From Eledone cirrhosa (Eukaryota): a stretch of DNA of 64,000 nucleotides. Under the pieces are notes generated by a model. That model made no database searches. It was not told the origin of the DNA and saw only the letters and a program-made list of their open reading frames with translations. Below are positions 12,879-24,377 of this stretch, in pieces; position 1 is the first letter of the stretch; the number at the start of each line of letters is the position of its first letter. The DNA lies in contig OZ024743.1 in the NCBI GenBank assembly GCA_964016885.1, positions 184,450,001 through 184,514,000 of the forward strand, given 5' to 3'. Made by a program: the position numbers and the translations under genes.

Positions 12879-13821
12879 GCCGTTGATATTATTATTACAT
12901 GGCATAATATTATTTTTCTGCTAAACTGGTGACTATTAAATATCTGCTATACTGGTGACCCCTGTTGATACAAATATTATTATCATTACTATAAATCTGA
13001 TAAAAGATTGTGAGGAAAATGAAAACAAAGAAAAAACAACAGAAACTGTAAAATTTAAATTGAAAACTGACATCCAGAATACCATGTTAAGATGGTAAGA
13101 GAAATCCTTAAATGGACAATACTCCAAAAAGCTAATTAGAAAGGAAGTAGTCAAAGAAAACACACAAAACTGGCTCCGAAGCACTGAACTAAAAGCTGAG
13201 ACAGAATGATATCTAATTGCAGTGCAGGACCAGAGTCTACCCACCAGAAACTACCAGAAGTATATGCAACAAAGCACAATAAGTAACTGTAGAATATGTG
13301 GAGATAGGGAAGAAACATTTAACCATATAGTCTTTGGATGTCCAGTTCTAGCCAAAAAAGAATATATCCACAGGCATGATAGATTTGGTACCTTCATACA
13401 CTGGAAATTATGCCAGTATTATGAAATACCAACAGAAAAAAGATGGTACAAACACACACCCCAAAACGTATCAGAGAATGAGAAAGCAGCCCTTTTCTGG
13501 GATATGCCAATACATACAGACAGAGAGATCAAGGCCAACCGACCAGATATTATAGGCAAAGACCACAAAGAAAAGAAATGCCTTGTAATAGATGTATCTA
13601 TCCCCACCGACAACAATATATCTTCCAAGGAAATAGAGAAACTCTCCAAATATAAGGATCTAGAGATAGAAATAACTCAAATGTGGAAAATGAAAACAAT
13701 GCCTATAATAATAGGTGCTTTAGGAATGATTTAAAAAAAACAGACAAATACATAGCCCAAACCCCAGGACTAACAAATATATACAGCATACAAAAGATAG
13801 CACTACTAGGCACTGCACACA

Positions 13822-14324
13822 TGAGAAGTGGTATGAGCATAAGCCAGAGTCGGTGATAGAAAACGATCAGGTGAAGGTGCTATGGGATTTTAGGATACAG
13901 ACGGACAAGAAATTAGAACACAATAGGCCTGACCTGGTGGTTTTGGACAAGGAAAAAAGATTGTGCCTGATTGTAGATGTAGCCTACCCATTTGACACGA
14001 GAGTGCAAGAAAAGGAGAGGGAGAAAATTAACTGATACCAGGATTTAAAGTGGGAGTTAAAAAGGATTTGGAACTGACGTGAAATCAAGGTCGTCCAGAA
14101 TGTCATAGGCGCACTAGGTACTATCTCAAAGAGTTTCCAAGGATGGTTAAAGAAGACTAGTCCAGTCCAACCCCACTTTTTGGAACACTTCAAAAGGCAT
14201 GCTTGCTGGGAACAGCAAGAACACTCCGATACGTCCTGAATATCTGAGGCTGCAGGTAGCAGCTTGATATTCATTTCAATAAACTTTCCAGTTAAATAAC
14301 ATCAATGACTGAGACTCAAAGAAC
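13822..14324 (+). mobile_element. R4/Dong family B, short diverged 5'-truncated copy
   Basis: KWYEHKPE..VLWDFRIQTDKKLEHNRPDL with stop codons. 3' UTR TGAGGCTGCAGGTAG... is shared with the copies ending at 15970 and 19286. Confidence 0.9.

Positions 14325-14390
<66 letters not shown>
14325..14390. repeat. (AAT)n microsatellite between tandem Dong copies
   Basis: Perfect AAT run. Confidence 0.98.
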
Positions 14391-15970
14391 TATGCTGCGA
14401 AAAGTGAGAGCAGGATACAAGTTGGGAAGGGGAGAGCTTACCATCAATCACCTCCTCTTCATGGACGATCTTAAGCTCTTCGGGAAAAGTGAGGAGTTGG
14501 ATGTGCTTGTTGACACTGTCCGTATTTTCAGCAGTGATATATGTATGCAGTTTGGTATTGGTAAATGTGGAGTCATTGTGATGAGGAGGGGTAGGTTGAG
14601 CAGAAGTAGCGGGATCCAGATACCAACAGGTGAGATGATAAAGGAAATTGACTCTGAGGAAGGATACAAGTATTTGGGCGTTCTGGAGGCTGATGGCATA
14701 AAGAACAAAAAAATGAAGGAATTGTTAAGAACTGAATACACTCGGAGAGTAAGGAGCGTATTGAAGTCACATCTGAACAGCAGAAATGCCATAAGCGCAG
14801 TAAATTCCCGAGCTGTGTCTATTATTAGGTACAGTGCGGGAATTCTGAGATGGAATGTTGCTGAACAAAAAGAAATGGATAGGAAGACTAGGAAGCTATT
14901 GACTATCTACAACATGTTCCACAAGAGGAGTGATGTCGATAGACTCTACCTAAGGAGATCTGAGGGTGGAAGAGGTCTTATCAGCATAGAGGACTGTGTT
15001 CAGATGGAGAAAAACAACCTATACAAATACGTGACCTATAGTAAGGAGCCAATGCTCAAAACTGTACTGAAGAAGGGGACAGTAGGCCAGGGGATGTCCA
15101 AGGAGGAAATAACATCAAGGAGGAAGAGCAGCCTTAAGGGAAAATCCCTTCATAGTACCTTCTTTGAGAAAACTGAATTTAGAGATCCACAGACATGGAA
15201 CTGGTTGAGAAGAGGAGACCTCAAAAAGGCTACAGAAGGAATGATAATGGCTGCGCAGGAGCAGGCCCTCAAAACGAAGTGGTTGAAGCACCATATTTAC
15301 AAGGAGGAGGCTAGCCCACTGTGCAGGATCTGTGGAGAGAGAGAGGAGACTGTGGCTCACATTGTGTCCGAGTGTAAACACCTAGCCCAGACCCACTATA
15401 AGGGCTGGAGACACGATGTGATGGGCAGGGTGATCCACTGGCACCTGTGCAAAGTAAACAATTTACCACATTCTGAGAAATGGTATGAGCATAGGCCGGA
15501 GGCGGTGATGGAGAACAATCAGGTGAAGGTGCTGTGGGATTTTAGGATACAGACGGACAAAAAACTGGAACACAATAGACCTGACCTGGTGGTTGTGGAC
15601 AAAGAAAAAAGATCGTGTCTGATTGTGGATGTGGCCTGCCCGTTCGACACGAGAGTGCAAGAGAAGGAGAGGGAGAAAATTAACCGATACCAGGACCTAA
15701 AGTGGGAGGTGAAAAGGATTTGGAACTGCCATGAAGTCAAAGTGATCCCGATTGTCATAGGCGCACTGGGGACTATCTCCAAAAGTTTCCAGGGATGGTT
15801 AAAGAAAATCGGCCCCTTCACGCTTTTTGGAACGCTTCAAAAGGCATGCTTGCTTGGAACAGCAAGAACCCTCCGATACGTCCTGAATATCTGAGGCTGC
15901 AGGTAGTGGCTTGATATTCATTCCAACGGACTTTCCAGTTAACCAACATCAATGACTGAGATTCAAGGAA
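14391..15970 (+). mobile_element. R4/Dong family B, 5'-truncated young copy
   Basis: Open frame to 15894, near-identical to 17705-19286. Confidence 0.93.
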
Positions 15971-15974
15971 TAAC

Positions 15975-16035
<61 letters not shown>
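15971..16035. repeat. (AAT)n microsatellite between tandem Dong copies
   Basis: AAT run. Confidence 0.98.
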
Positions 16036-16038
<3 letters not shown>

Positions 16039-19000
16039 TCTGGAACGAGATTGGTTTATTTAAATTAGATGAACAAAAATTGGCCGGGCAGGCTCGGGTA
16101 ATAAGAACTAATGGGTGGATAAGCGAGCTGGAACTGGAGGAACTGAGCAGAGAGAATGGCTTGGAGATGGCGGGTGTAGTATGCCAGACAAGCGAGCCGG
16201 CGGGAAATGAAGGTGAGGAGGTCCTGAGAACGGAGGAACCACCCGAAGCAGACAATGATCTGAATACTGAGATAAATAATACCTGGAACAGAGATACGGC
16301 CACTGAGGAGATGAATGCTGACGGGCTAGGACAAGATTCGGTTGACATCCTAAATTTAGTGGTAGATGAGTTGAACAATGATAGTGGGAGACCTATGAAC
16401 CTAAGATTTGTAGACAGGAAAAAGTTAAAAGAAACAACAGCTAAGGTAAACAAAGTCATCCCATACCTTGAGGCGAGGAGTCTTCACCAGTGCAACAATA
16501 TCCTCAAAGCAACAGCAAATACGGTGAGGAAACTACTTGGTATAAAAGCGAGAGGAAACAACAGACAAGAAAGAGCAGAGCCGTGGTGGAAGAAGCGACT
16601 GAGTGGGCAAATCGGGGAAATGAGAAATGACATAGGAAAGCTTGAGTCACTACTGAATGGGACACTAAAAAACATAGGCACTAAAAATAGACTGGAAATA
16701 AAATACAAAACTAGGAGTAAAAAGCTAAATATTATCATAGAGGAATTGAAGCAACGCATTGTAGCAAAGAGTGCCAAAATCAGGCGATACGAGAACAGAG
16801 TCAGTCAGTATAAACAGAACCGCATGTTCGACAACAACCAGAAGATGCTGTTTGGACAGCTTGAGGGGAAAGAAAGAGGCAACGACTTGATCCCTGGGGC
16901 GGAACAAGCTAAAACATTCTGGAGAGGAATATGGGAGCAGGATGTTAGACACAATGCCCAGGCAGGGTGGATTGAGACAGTACAGAAGGAGATCGGTGAG
17001 CAGGCACAACAACAGACTGATTTGAGTATCACAGTTGAAACTCTTAAGGGGCAAGCCAAAAAACTAACCAACTGGAAATCACCAGGCCCAGATGGTGTGC
17101 AGGGGTATTGGATTAAACATTTAACATCCCTCCACCCGAAGCTGACGGCCATGTTCAATGACTGCTTGGTGTCGGGTGAGGCGCCAGAGTGGTTGACAAA
17201 AGGTACCACAGTTCTGATAATGAAAGACCGAATCAAGGGTAATGATGTTACCAACTATAGACCTATCACATGTCTGCCCGTAATGTGGAAACTGTTGACG
17301 AGCATTGTGTCTGAGGAAATCTACCATCACCTCCACACAAACAACTTGTTACCGGACGAACAGAAAGGATGCCGAAAGAAGTCACGTGGTACAAAGGACC
17401 AGTTGCTTATTGATAAGATGGTAATGGGGAATTGCAGGAGGAGACACACTGATCTTGCCATGGGATGGATAGACTACAGAAAGGCATTTGACATGGTGCC
17501 TCATTCCTGGATCACCAAAAGCCTGGAGATCTTCAGGGTGGCAGATAACATCAGACAGTTGCTGGGCAGGAGTATGGGGTCCTGGGAGACAGAGTTGACA
17601 TCAACTGGAGTATCCTTGGAAAGCGTGAAGATCAAGAGAGGTATCTTCCAGGGAGATAGCCTGTCCCCTCTGTTGTTTGTCCTTGCCCTGATGCCCTTGA
17701 CCATTATGCTGCGAAAAGTGAGAGCAGGATACAAGTTGGGAAGGGGAGAGCTTACCATCAATCACCTCCTCTTCATGGACGATCTTAAGCTCTTCGGGAA
17801 AAGTGAGAAGGAGTTGGATGTGCTTGTTGACACTGTCCGTATTTTCAGCAATGATATATGTATGCAGTTTGGTATTGGTAAATGTGGAGTCATTGTGATG
17901 AGGAGGGGTAGGTTGAGCAGAAGTAACGGGATCCAGATACCAACAGGTGAGATGATAAAGGAAATTGACTCTGAGGAAGGATACAAGTATTTGGGCGTTC
18001 TGGAGGCTGATGGCATAAAGAACAAAAAAATGAAGGAATTGTTAAGAACTGAATACATTCGGAGAGTAAGGAGCGTATTGAAGTCACATCTGAACAGCAG
18101 AAATGCCATAAGCGCAGTAAATTCCCGAGCTGTGTCTATTATTAGATACAGTGCGGGAATTCTGAGATGGAATGTTGCTGAACAAAAAGAAATGGATAGG
18201 AAGACTAGGAAGCTATTGACTATCTACAACATGTTCCACAAGAGGAGTGATGTCGATAGACTCTACCTAAGGAGATCTGAGGGTGGAAGAGGTCTTATCA
18301 GCATAGAGGACTGTGTTCAGATGGAGAAAAACAACCTATACAAATACGTGACCTATAGTAAGGAGCCAATGCTCAGAGCTGTACTGAAGGAGGGGACAGT
18401 AGGCCAGGGGATATCCAAGGAGGAAATAACATCAAGGAGGAAGAGCAGCCTTAAGGGAAAATCCCTTCATAGTACCTTCTTTGAGAAAACTGAATTTAGA
18501 GATCCACAGACATGGAACTGGTTGAGAAGAGGAGACCTCAAAAAGGCTACAGAAGGAATGCTAATGGCTGCGCAGGAGCAGGCCCTCAAAACGAAGTGGT
18601 TGAAGCACCATATCTACAAGGAGGAGGCTAGCCCACTGTGCAGGATCTGTGGAGAGAGAGAGGAGACTGTGGCTCACATTGTGTCCGAGTGTAAACACCT
18701 AGCCCAGACCCACTATAAGGGCTGGAGACACGATGTGATGGGCAGGGTGATCCACTGGTACCTGTGCAAAGTAAACAATCTACCACATTCTGAGAAATGG
18801 TATGAGCATAGGCCAGAGGCGGTGATGGAGAACAGTCAGGTGAAGGTGCTGTGGAATTTTAGGATACAGACGGACAAAAAACTGGAACACAATAGACCTG
18901 ACCTGGTGGTTGTGGACAAAGAAAAAAGATCGTGCCTGATTGTGGATGTGGCCTGCCCGTTCGACACGAGAGTGCAAGAGAAGGAGAGGGAGAAAATTAA

Positions 19001-19286
19001 CCGATACCAGGACCTAAAGTGGGAGGTGAAAAGGATTTGGAACTGCCATGAAGTCAAAGTGATCCCGATTGTCATAGGCGCACTGGGGACTATCTCCAAA
19101 GGTTTCCAGGGATGGTTAAAGAAAATCGGCCCCTTCACGCTTTTTGGAACGCTTCAAAAGGCATGCTTGCTTGGAACGGCAAGAACCCTCCGATACGTCC
19201 TGAATATCTGAGGCTGCAGGTAGTGGCTTGATATTCAATCCAACGGACTTTCCAGTTAACCAACATCAATGACTGAGATTCAAGGA
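16036..19286 (+). mobile_element. R4/Dong family B, near full-length young copy
   Basis: Single uninterrupted ORF flanked by (AAT)n on both sides. Confidence 0.95.
16080..19211 (+). CDS. RT-RLE polyprotein of R4/Dong element (1043 aa; true N-terminus probably truncated)
   Basis: WKSPGPDG, NYRPITCL, EQKGC, IDYRKAFDMVPH, GIFQGDSLSPLLF, HLLFMDDLKL, CRICGEREETVAHIVSEC, RHD, RPDLVVVD..DVACP, RYQDL. The frame is open upstream to the AAT run (IWNEIGLFKLDEQKL) and the listed start is TTG. Confidence 0.92.
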   Translation: MAGQARVIRTNGWISELELEELSRENGLEMAGVVCQTSEPAGNEGEEVLRTEEPPEADNDLNTEINNTWNRDTATEEMNADGLGQDSVDILNLVVDELNNDSGRPMNLRFVDRKKLKETTAKVNKVIPYLEARSLHQCNNILKATANTVRKLLGIKARGNNRQERAEPWWKKRLSGQIGEMRNDIGKLESLLNGTLKNIGTKNRLEIKYKTRSKKLNIIIEELKQRIVAKSAKIRRYENRVSQYKQNRMFDNNQKMLFGQLEGKERGNDLIPGAEQAKTFWRGIWEQDVRHNAQAGWIETVQKEIGEQAQQQTDLSITVETLKGQAKKLTNWKSPGPDGVQGYWIKHLTSLHPKLTAMFNDCLVSGEAPEWLTKGTTVLIMKDRIKGNDVTNYRPITCLPVMWKLLTSIVSEEIYHHLHTNNLLPDEQKGCRKKSRGTKDQLLIDKMVMGNCRRRHTDLAMGWIDYRKAFDMVPHSWITKSLEIFRVADNIRQLLGRSMGSWETELTSTGVSLESVKIKRGIFQGDSLSPLLFVLALMPLTIMLRKVRAGYKLGRGELTINHLLFMDDLKLFGKSEKELDVLVDTVRIFSNDICMQFGIGKCGVIVMRRGRLSRSNGIQIPTGEMIKEIDSEEGYKYLGVLEADGIKNKKMKELLRTEYIRRVRSVLKSHLNSRNAISAVNSRAVSIIRYSAGILRWNVAEQKEMDRKTRKLLTIYNMFHKRSDVDRLYLRRSEGGRGLISIEDCVQMEKNNLYKYVTYSKEPMLRAVLKEGTVGQGISKEEITSRRKSSLKGKSLHSTFFEKTEFRDPQTWNWLRRGDLKKATEGMLMAAQEQALKTKWLKHHIYKEEASPLCRICGEREETVAHIVSECKHLAQTHYKGWRHDVMGRVIHWYLCKVNNLPHSEKWYEHRPEAVMENSQVKVLWNFRIQTDKKLEHNRPDLVVVDKEKRSCLIVDVACPFDTRVQEKEREKINRYQDLKWEVKRIWNCHEVKVIPIVIGALGTISKGFQGWLKKIGPFTLFGTLQKACLLGTARTLRYVLNI

Positions 19287-19315
19287 ATAACAATAACAAT
19301 AATAATAATAATAAT

Positions 19316-20110
19316 TGACTCGTAATTATCAGGCCAATGTGATGAGAAACGGAATAAACCCAAAGTGCCGATTCTGCAATGCTGAGGTTGAAACAGTAGA
19401 TCACTTAGTCTCTGGATGTAAAGTTTTAGCACTAGTAGAATACAAATATAGACATGACAGAGTCGGCCAATATCTACACTGGGTAATATGTCGGCATTAC
19501 AAAATCAAAGCTGAAGACAAGTGGTACAATCATCACCCTGAGGCTGTAACTGAAGGAGAAAAAGTAACAATTCTCTGGGACTTTCCTGTACATACTGACA
19601 GGACCATAAAAGCAAATAGACTACATCATTGTAAAAGATCAACATAACAAGGTCTGTTTATTGATAGATATGAGCATCCCATGTGATCACAATATCGGGG
19701 CAAAAGAATTTGACAAGCTACGAAAATATAAAGATCTGCTTATTGAAATTGAGAAAATGTGGCACCTCAAGGCCGTTACAATACCAGTAATTGTGGGAGG
19801 ACTGGTAATGATCAAAAAAGGAACAGAACAATATTTGCGAATGATTCCTGGTTTACCCTCTCTGCACGGGGTGCAAAAAAATGTTTTGACTGGTACTCCA
19901 CACGTATTGAGAAGAGCACTTTCTCTGTAAGATTGATATCCCTCCTTGTATTTACTTATGCATATGCATATGTGTATATATGTATACTGTTTTTTTTGTT
20001 TTGTTTTTTATTATAATCAATGTGCTGTATTAACTGGCTTACCAATGCACACTGTGAATTTATTTGCCCTAGGTGTCAGGAAGACACTCGGCATATATCT
20101 CAGAAACAAT
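19316..20110 (+). mobile_element. R4/Dong element of another family, 5'-truncated and frameshifted
   Basis: TRNYQAN..CRFCNAEVETVDHLVSGC..RHD..LWDFPVHTDRTIKANR, IDMSIP..KYKDL. Flanked by AAT runs at 19287-19315 and 20127-20159. Confidence 0.88.
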
Positions 20111-22257
20111 AATGAAAGTAAATAAAAATAATAATAATAATAATAATAATGATAATAATGCTTTCTTTATTAACCACAAGGGTTTACATAAAGTAGACAT
20201 TAAGGACAGTACAGGACAATACAGGACGGTACAAATGGGCATTTCTGCGTGTAAAAAACAAAAACAGAGGATGTAACAAAAAAATAACAATGAAAAATTC
20301 CCCAATACGGAAGAGACTTCCGAGGGACATTCGTGGAGAAAGCCCATTAAAAAGCCACAGTGATCCTGACTACCAGGGCAAGTGCCCTCTCCCAGTTTTC
20401 CACCTTTAATTTACAGACACATACTCACTCGGGTCATTCTTGCCTCTCTCACCCATCTTTCAAAAAAATGGTGGGAAGAGAGCACTTCCCTCTACCCTGA
20501 TTTTCCTTTTCAAATGAAATTTGAAAAAGGTAATCAGGGCATCACCGAAGAGGTAAGTGCTCGTCTTCAGCCCTTTCAAACGTGTCCACCATACTATCTT
20601 TTTCGCCATGGCCACCAGACAGATAAAAACTGCCTGCCCTTCCCGGCTAAAGGAAGAGGGCGGGGCAATCCTCACGGTGGACTCAGCTGATAGCTGGATC
20701 CGTCCTACATGCGACAGCAAGTGTTCGACATAGACCCACAAGTCAGCAATGCTCGGACAATGGACGAGTGCGTGCAGGACGGTTTCGTCGCCCTGCGCGC
20801 ATCTCGGACATGCCTGGCTGACGGCACCTCCATGCCTGTAGAGTTTATCCCGAACCCGAACTGGCAAAACTCCTCGGTAGCACTGCCAGGACAGGGGTTT
20901 CTGGAAGTTGTCCATAGGGCCCGGCCCGAAAGTTCTTCCGAAGAGATTGGCTAGTTGATTTTCGTCGACGCCTAGAGTTTCCCCAAGTACGTCGTCGCTC
21001 TTCCCCTCCACTAATCCTCTATAGAACGCCAAGGTGGAGTTTCCACCGATCACATTGCCCGATTGGTCGAGGGCTGTGAGCGCCTGAAGACATTCCAGTC
21101 TCCAAGCGCTCCCTCTCGGTCTTCGCTTGACTCAGGACTGCAGCTCCGTCAAGGAGATGAGCTGGGGAAAGACGCATCTAGCAAACGGCGACCACACCTG
21201 ATCACCGTCGAGGAAGAGGTGGAGATGTCGTAGCCTGAGCGCGTGTCTGCGCATCATCAGCCACGGCATGCCCTGCCCTCCACGTAGCGGGTGTTGACAG
21301 CAGATGGACCACCTGACCATCGGAGCGCGTCTTTTCCACAAAAAGCGAAAGAGCAAACGCTCCAGCGCAGTCAGGCGGGGCTTAGGACAAGGTACGACGG
21401 TCAGGCGGTAGTAGATGACGGACACGATGTACGCGTTAGCCACCTCCGCTCAACCTTTCAGGGATAGCTTCCTCTCCGCCCATTTCTGGGTGAGAGAAGC
21501 CACTCTGCTCGTCACCTCGTCCCAGAATTTGTCCGTCTGGAGGTCCGGACCGAACCAGACCCCTAGCAATTTAACCGGTCCGTCCGTCCAGCGCCCGACG
21601 ACGCTGTTGGACGGCATGGACCTGCCTCTCCAGGTGCCGAGCTGCAGGCCCACTGACTTTTCCTCGTTGATCATTGCTCCTGTCACCGCTTCGTATTCTC
21701 TTAGTGTAGTGCCGATCGCCTCGATGTGTTTGGTGTTCGACACCACTACGGTGACATCGTCCGCATATGCTGACACGGATCTTCCGCATCCTAGTTCGCG
21801 CGGGATCCCCCTCAATGTCTCCAGTTTGTGCAGTAATGGCTCGAGAGTCAATACGTACAAGAGGGACGAGAGAGGACATCCTAGGGATGTTGAACGTTCC
21901 GAAAGGTGACCGTTCACTCTCACCACAAAGCAGATGTCGCTGTGCATGGCAGCGATCCAGCCTCTGAAGACGGGCCAAAAGCCAGCCGCCCTCAGGACTG
22001 CCGCTAGGTAACGATGGTCGACCCTATCGAAAGCTTTCAACTGATCTAAATTGATGACGGACCCACCCATGCCAGCTTCCCTAGCTACCCTCTCTACGAT
22101 GTATCGCATGAGGTGGAGGTTGTCGTGGATGGATCTGTCGGGAATGGCGCATGTCTGCGCCTCTCCCACCAGACCACCAACGACAAACGCCAACCTCTTT
22201 GCTAGCACCTTGGTCAAAATCTTGAACTCTGTGTTTAGCAGAGTTATGGGCCTGGAA

Positions 22258-23763
22258 TTATCTGTTATCCCCCTTGTTCGGATCCTTTCTCAGCAGCGCC
22301 ATCGCTCCTCCGCTCACAGAGCTGGGAATTCTCCCGTTCTGTTGCCAGTTGCAGTAGACGTCCGCCAAGAGGCCTCCGAACAAGTCTGGCATATGTACGT
22401 AAAGTTCATAGGGCAGACCATCCAAACCAGGCGATTTACCCCTTGTGCAGCCAGTCATTGCCTCCCGTATTTCAGCGGTTGTTATCGGCTTTTCGCAACA
22501 CTCCGCCTCAGTGGCCGAAAGCCGCGGCAGTCCGTTGAGGTAGACACTAAAGTCCATCCCTAGATCCGGCTCGCCGCTGCCCTCGAACAGCTGAGCGAAG
22601 TGTCGCTGAAAAGCTTCACACATTTGCCCGGGATCGAGTAGCATGCGCCCTTCGTGGTCCACCAAAGATCGGATCGTAGCTTTGTTGCCACGACGCGCCT
22701 CCGCCACTCGGGCCCATTGAACGGCTTTCGTCCCCTCGTGTCTGAGAGCACGCACCCTAGCTATGACCACGCAGCCTTCGTGCTTTGCATTGAAGAATTG
22801 GTCAAGGGCCAATTTCGCCACAAGTACGTTGGTCGCGATCCTTTTGCTAAGCGCCTCGTCTAATTTTCTAACTAGTTCTCCCTCTGCTCTATTTTTCTCT
22901 AGAGCTAAAGCCTTACTAAACCTAATCGACTCTATTCTAATTGCTCTTTTCAGAGCAAACCACCACTTGTTGTTGACGATGGCTCCCGTCAACGCCCGCT
23001 TAACTAGTTCGCTAATCCGGTCTCTGTAGGCCTTGCGCGCTGGTAAGGACGCGTTTAGCTTCCAGTAGCCGGGTCCTCGTCTATGAAGCCTATCTAACTC
23101 AAGCACACAGATCACGAATTTGTGGTCCGTGTAGCTGACTATCTTGAATTGTGGACAGCCTATGCTAGACCTATCTATTTCCCTACAAAATACTCTATCT
23201 AGATATGATCTGGATGACCCGATGCGGTTTGTCCAAGTCCACATTGACACATTCGGGAAATCCAATCGGTACTTGTCAGACAGTTCAAAACGCCTGAGCA
23301 GGTTGGTGAGGCTCTTGCACCCTCCTCCCCTATCGGCTAATCCCACAGAGTCCCAGCGTGCATCTAAGATCCCGTTCCAGTCGCCCACTAACACTAAAGA
23401 GCAGGACGTTCCAAGAAAGGTCTCCAGACGCCGGAAGAAATTAGGCCGCCCTGCTCCTGTTGGGGCATAGACGGCCACTAGCCTGAAAGCTTGCCCGTCT
23501 CCGCTGGTCACGTCTAGCACCACCAACTTACCTTCTGGGTCCAGGAAGATGGCCCGTATGGCGAGATCCAAACCTCTCCGAAAAAGCACAGCAACTCCTT
23601 CCCCCGATCCAGGACGGCTGGGAGATGCGTACACATCGTAGCCGCCGAAGATCGATGCGAAGGCCCGTGCTTCGGAGATTCTGGTCTCGCTGATGGCCAC
23701 TACATCTATGTTTAGTGACCTGAGGTCGTTGAGCAGGTGGCCCTGCTTCCATGACGACCCCAA
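22258..23763 (-). pseudogene. Tx1 ORF2 apurinic endonuclease + linker
   Basis: ISETR, VYAPTG, GDWN, YLDRVF, TDHK, GPGYWKLN, KSPGLDGLPYELY. Confidence 0.88.
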
Positions 23764-24377
23764 GCCATGCGCATTTATGCTGCGATTCTAAGTGAGGTCA
23801 TGTTGAAATGGAGTGGAAAAGATGGGAAAGACCACTTACCTTACTTCTCGTAGAGGAAGGATGGTTTCTCCATCCTGTTCACTGCTTGTGGCCTCCTCAG
23901 GAAGGATGTCCTTATAAATCCTCCTGGGGAGTGCTTGTCGAAAGTCTCCGATGTCTTTGGGGAATTTTTGTTTTAGTGCCGTTTACGTTTTCTGTGTGAT
24001 GCGAGTGATTTGTATGTGTGGAGGTGGTGTGAATTTTTGGGGTGTTATGTAGTCTTTTTCTATGATGCTGGTGTTGTGTTGGATGTAGTGTAATAATTGG
24101 TTGTTGTTCAAATTTAATGCTGTGTAGTGTGTATCGTTTTGGTTGTTTTGTTTTGTTTGCGTTTGTTGTGGGTTTGTTTCTGTTTCGCTTTTTGGTGACT
24201 TTTGTGGTGTTGGTGATGGTGGTGTTGGGGTTAATGATGGTGATGGTATTGGTGTTTGTGGTAATGGGGTTGGTGATGCTGGTGTGGATGGTGGCCTAGC
24301 TTTCCTAACTTTTTTGTTTGATAGTTTATTTGTTTCCCTCTGTATTTTGTTTTTGGAGGGGGAAGGAAGAGGATTTT

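Larger units (their letters stand above)
10957..12990 (+). mobile_element. Non-autonomous LTR retroelement (TRIM/LARD-like), ~1 kb non-coding interior
   Basis: Two related LTRs, a PBS after the first, purine-rich AAACAAGGGA before the second, and no gag/pol ORF between them. Confidence 0.75.
9021..13821 (+). mobile_element. Old, degraded R4/Dong element split by a Helitron (9063-10000) and an LTR element (10957-~12990)
   Basis: Collinear motifs RGSYGCKDQL (9028-9057), LIDKAITENC (from about 10001), GIFQGD, HLLYMDDLKL, HHPKSDVER, then QDQSLPTRNY, CRICGDREETFNHIVFGC, RPDII, KYKDLEIEI (13000-13820). Confidence 0.85.

Noticed and set aside
14305-14390. Poly-Ile N-terminus of the 529-aa ORF, and poly-Leu/Ile ORFs at 2754-3030 and 15818-16459
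   Set aside because: Translations of (AAT)n microsatellites, not real signal or membrane peptides
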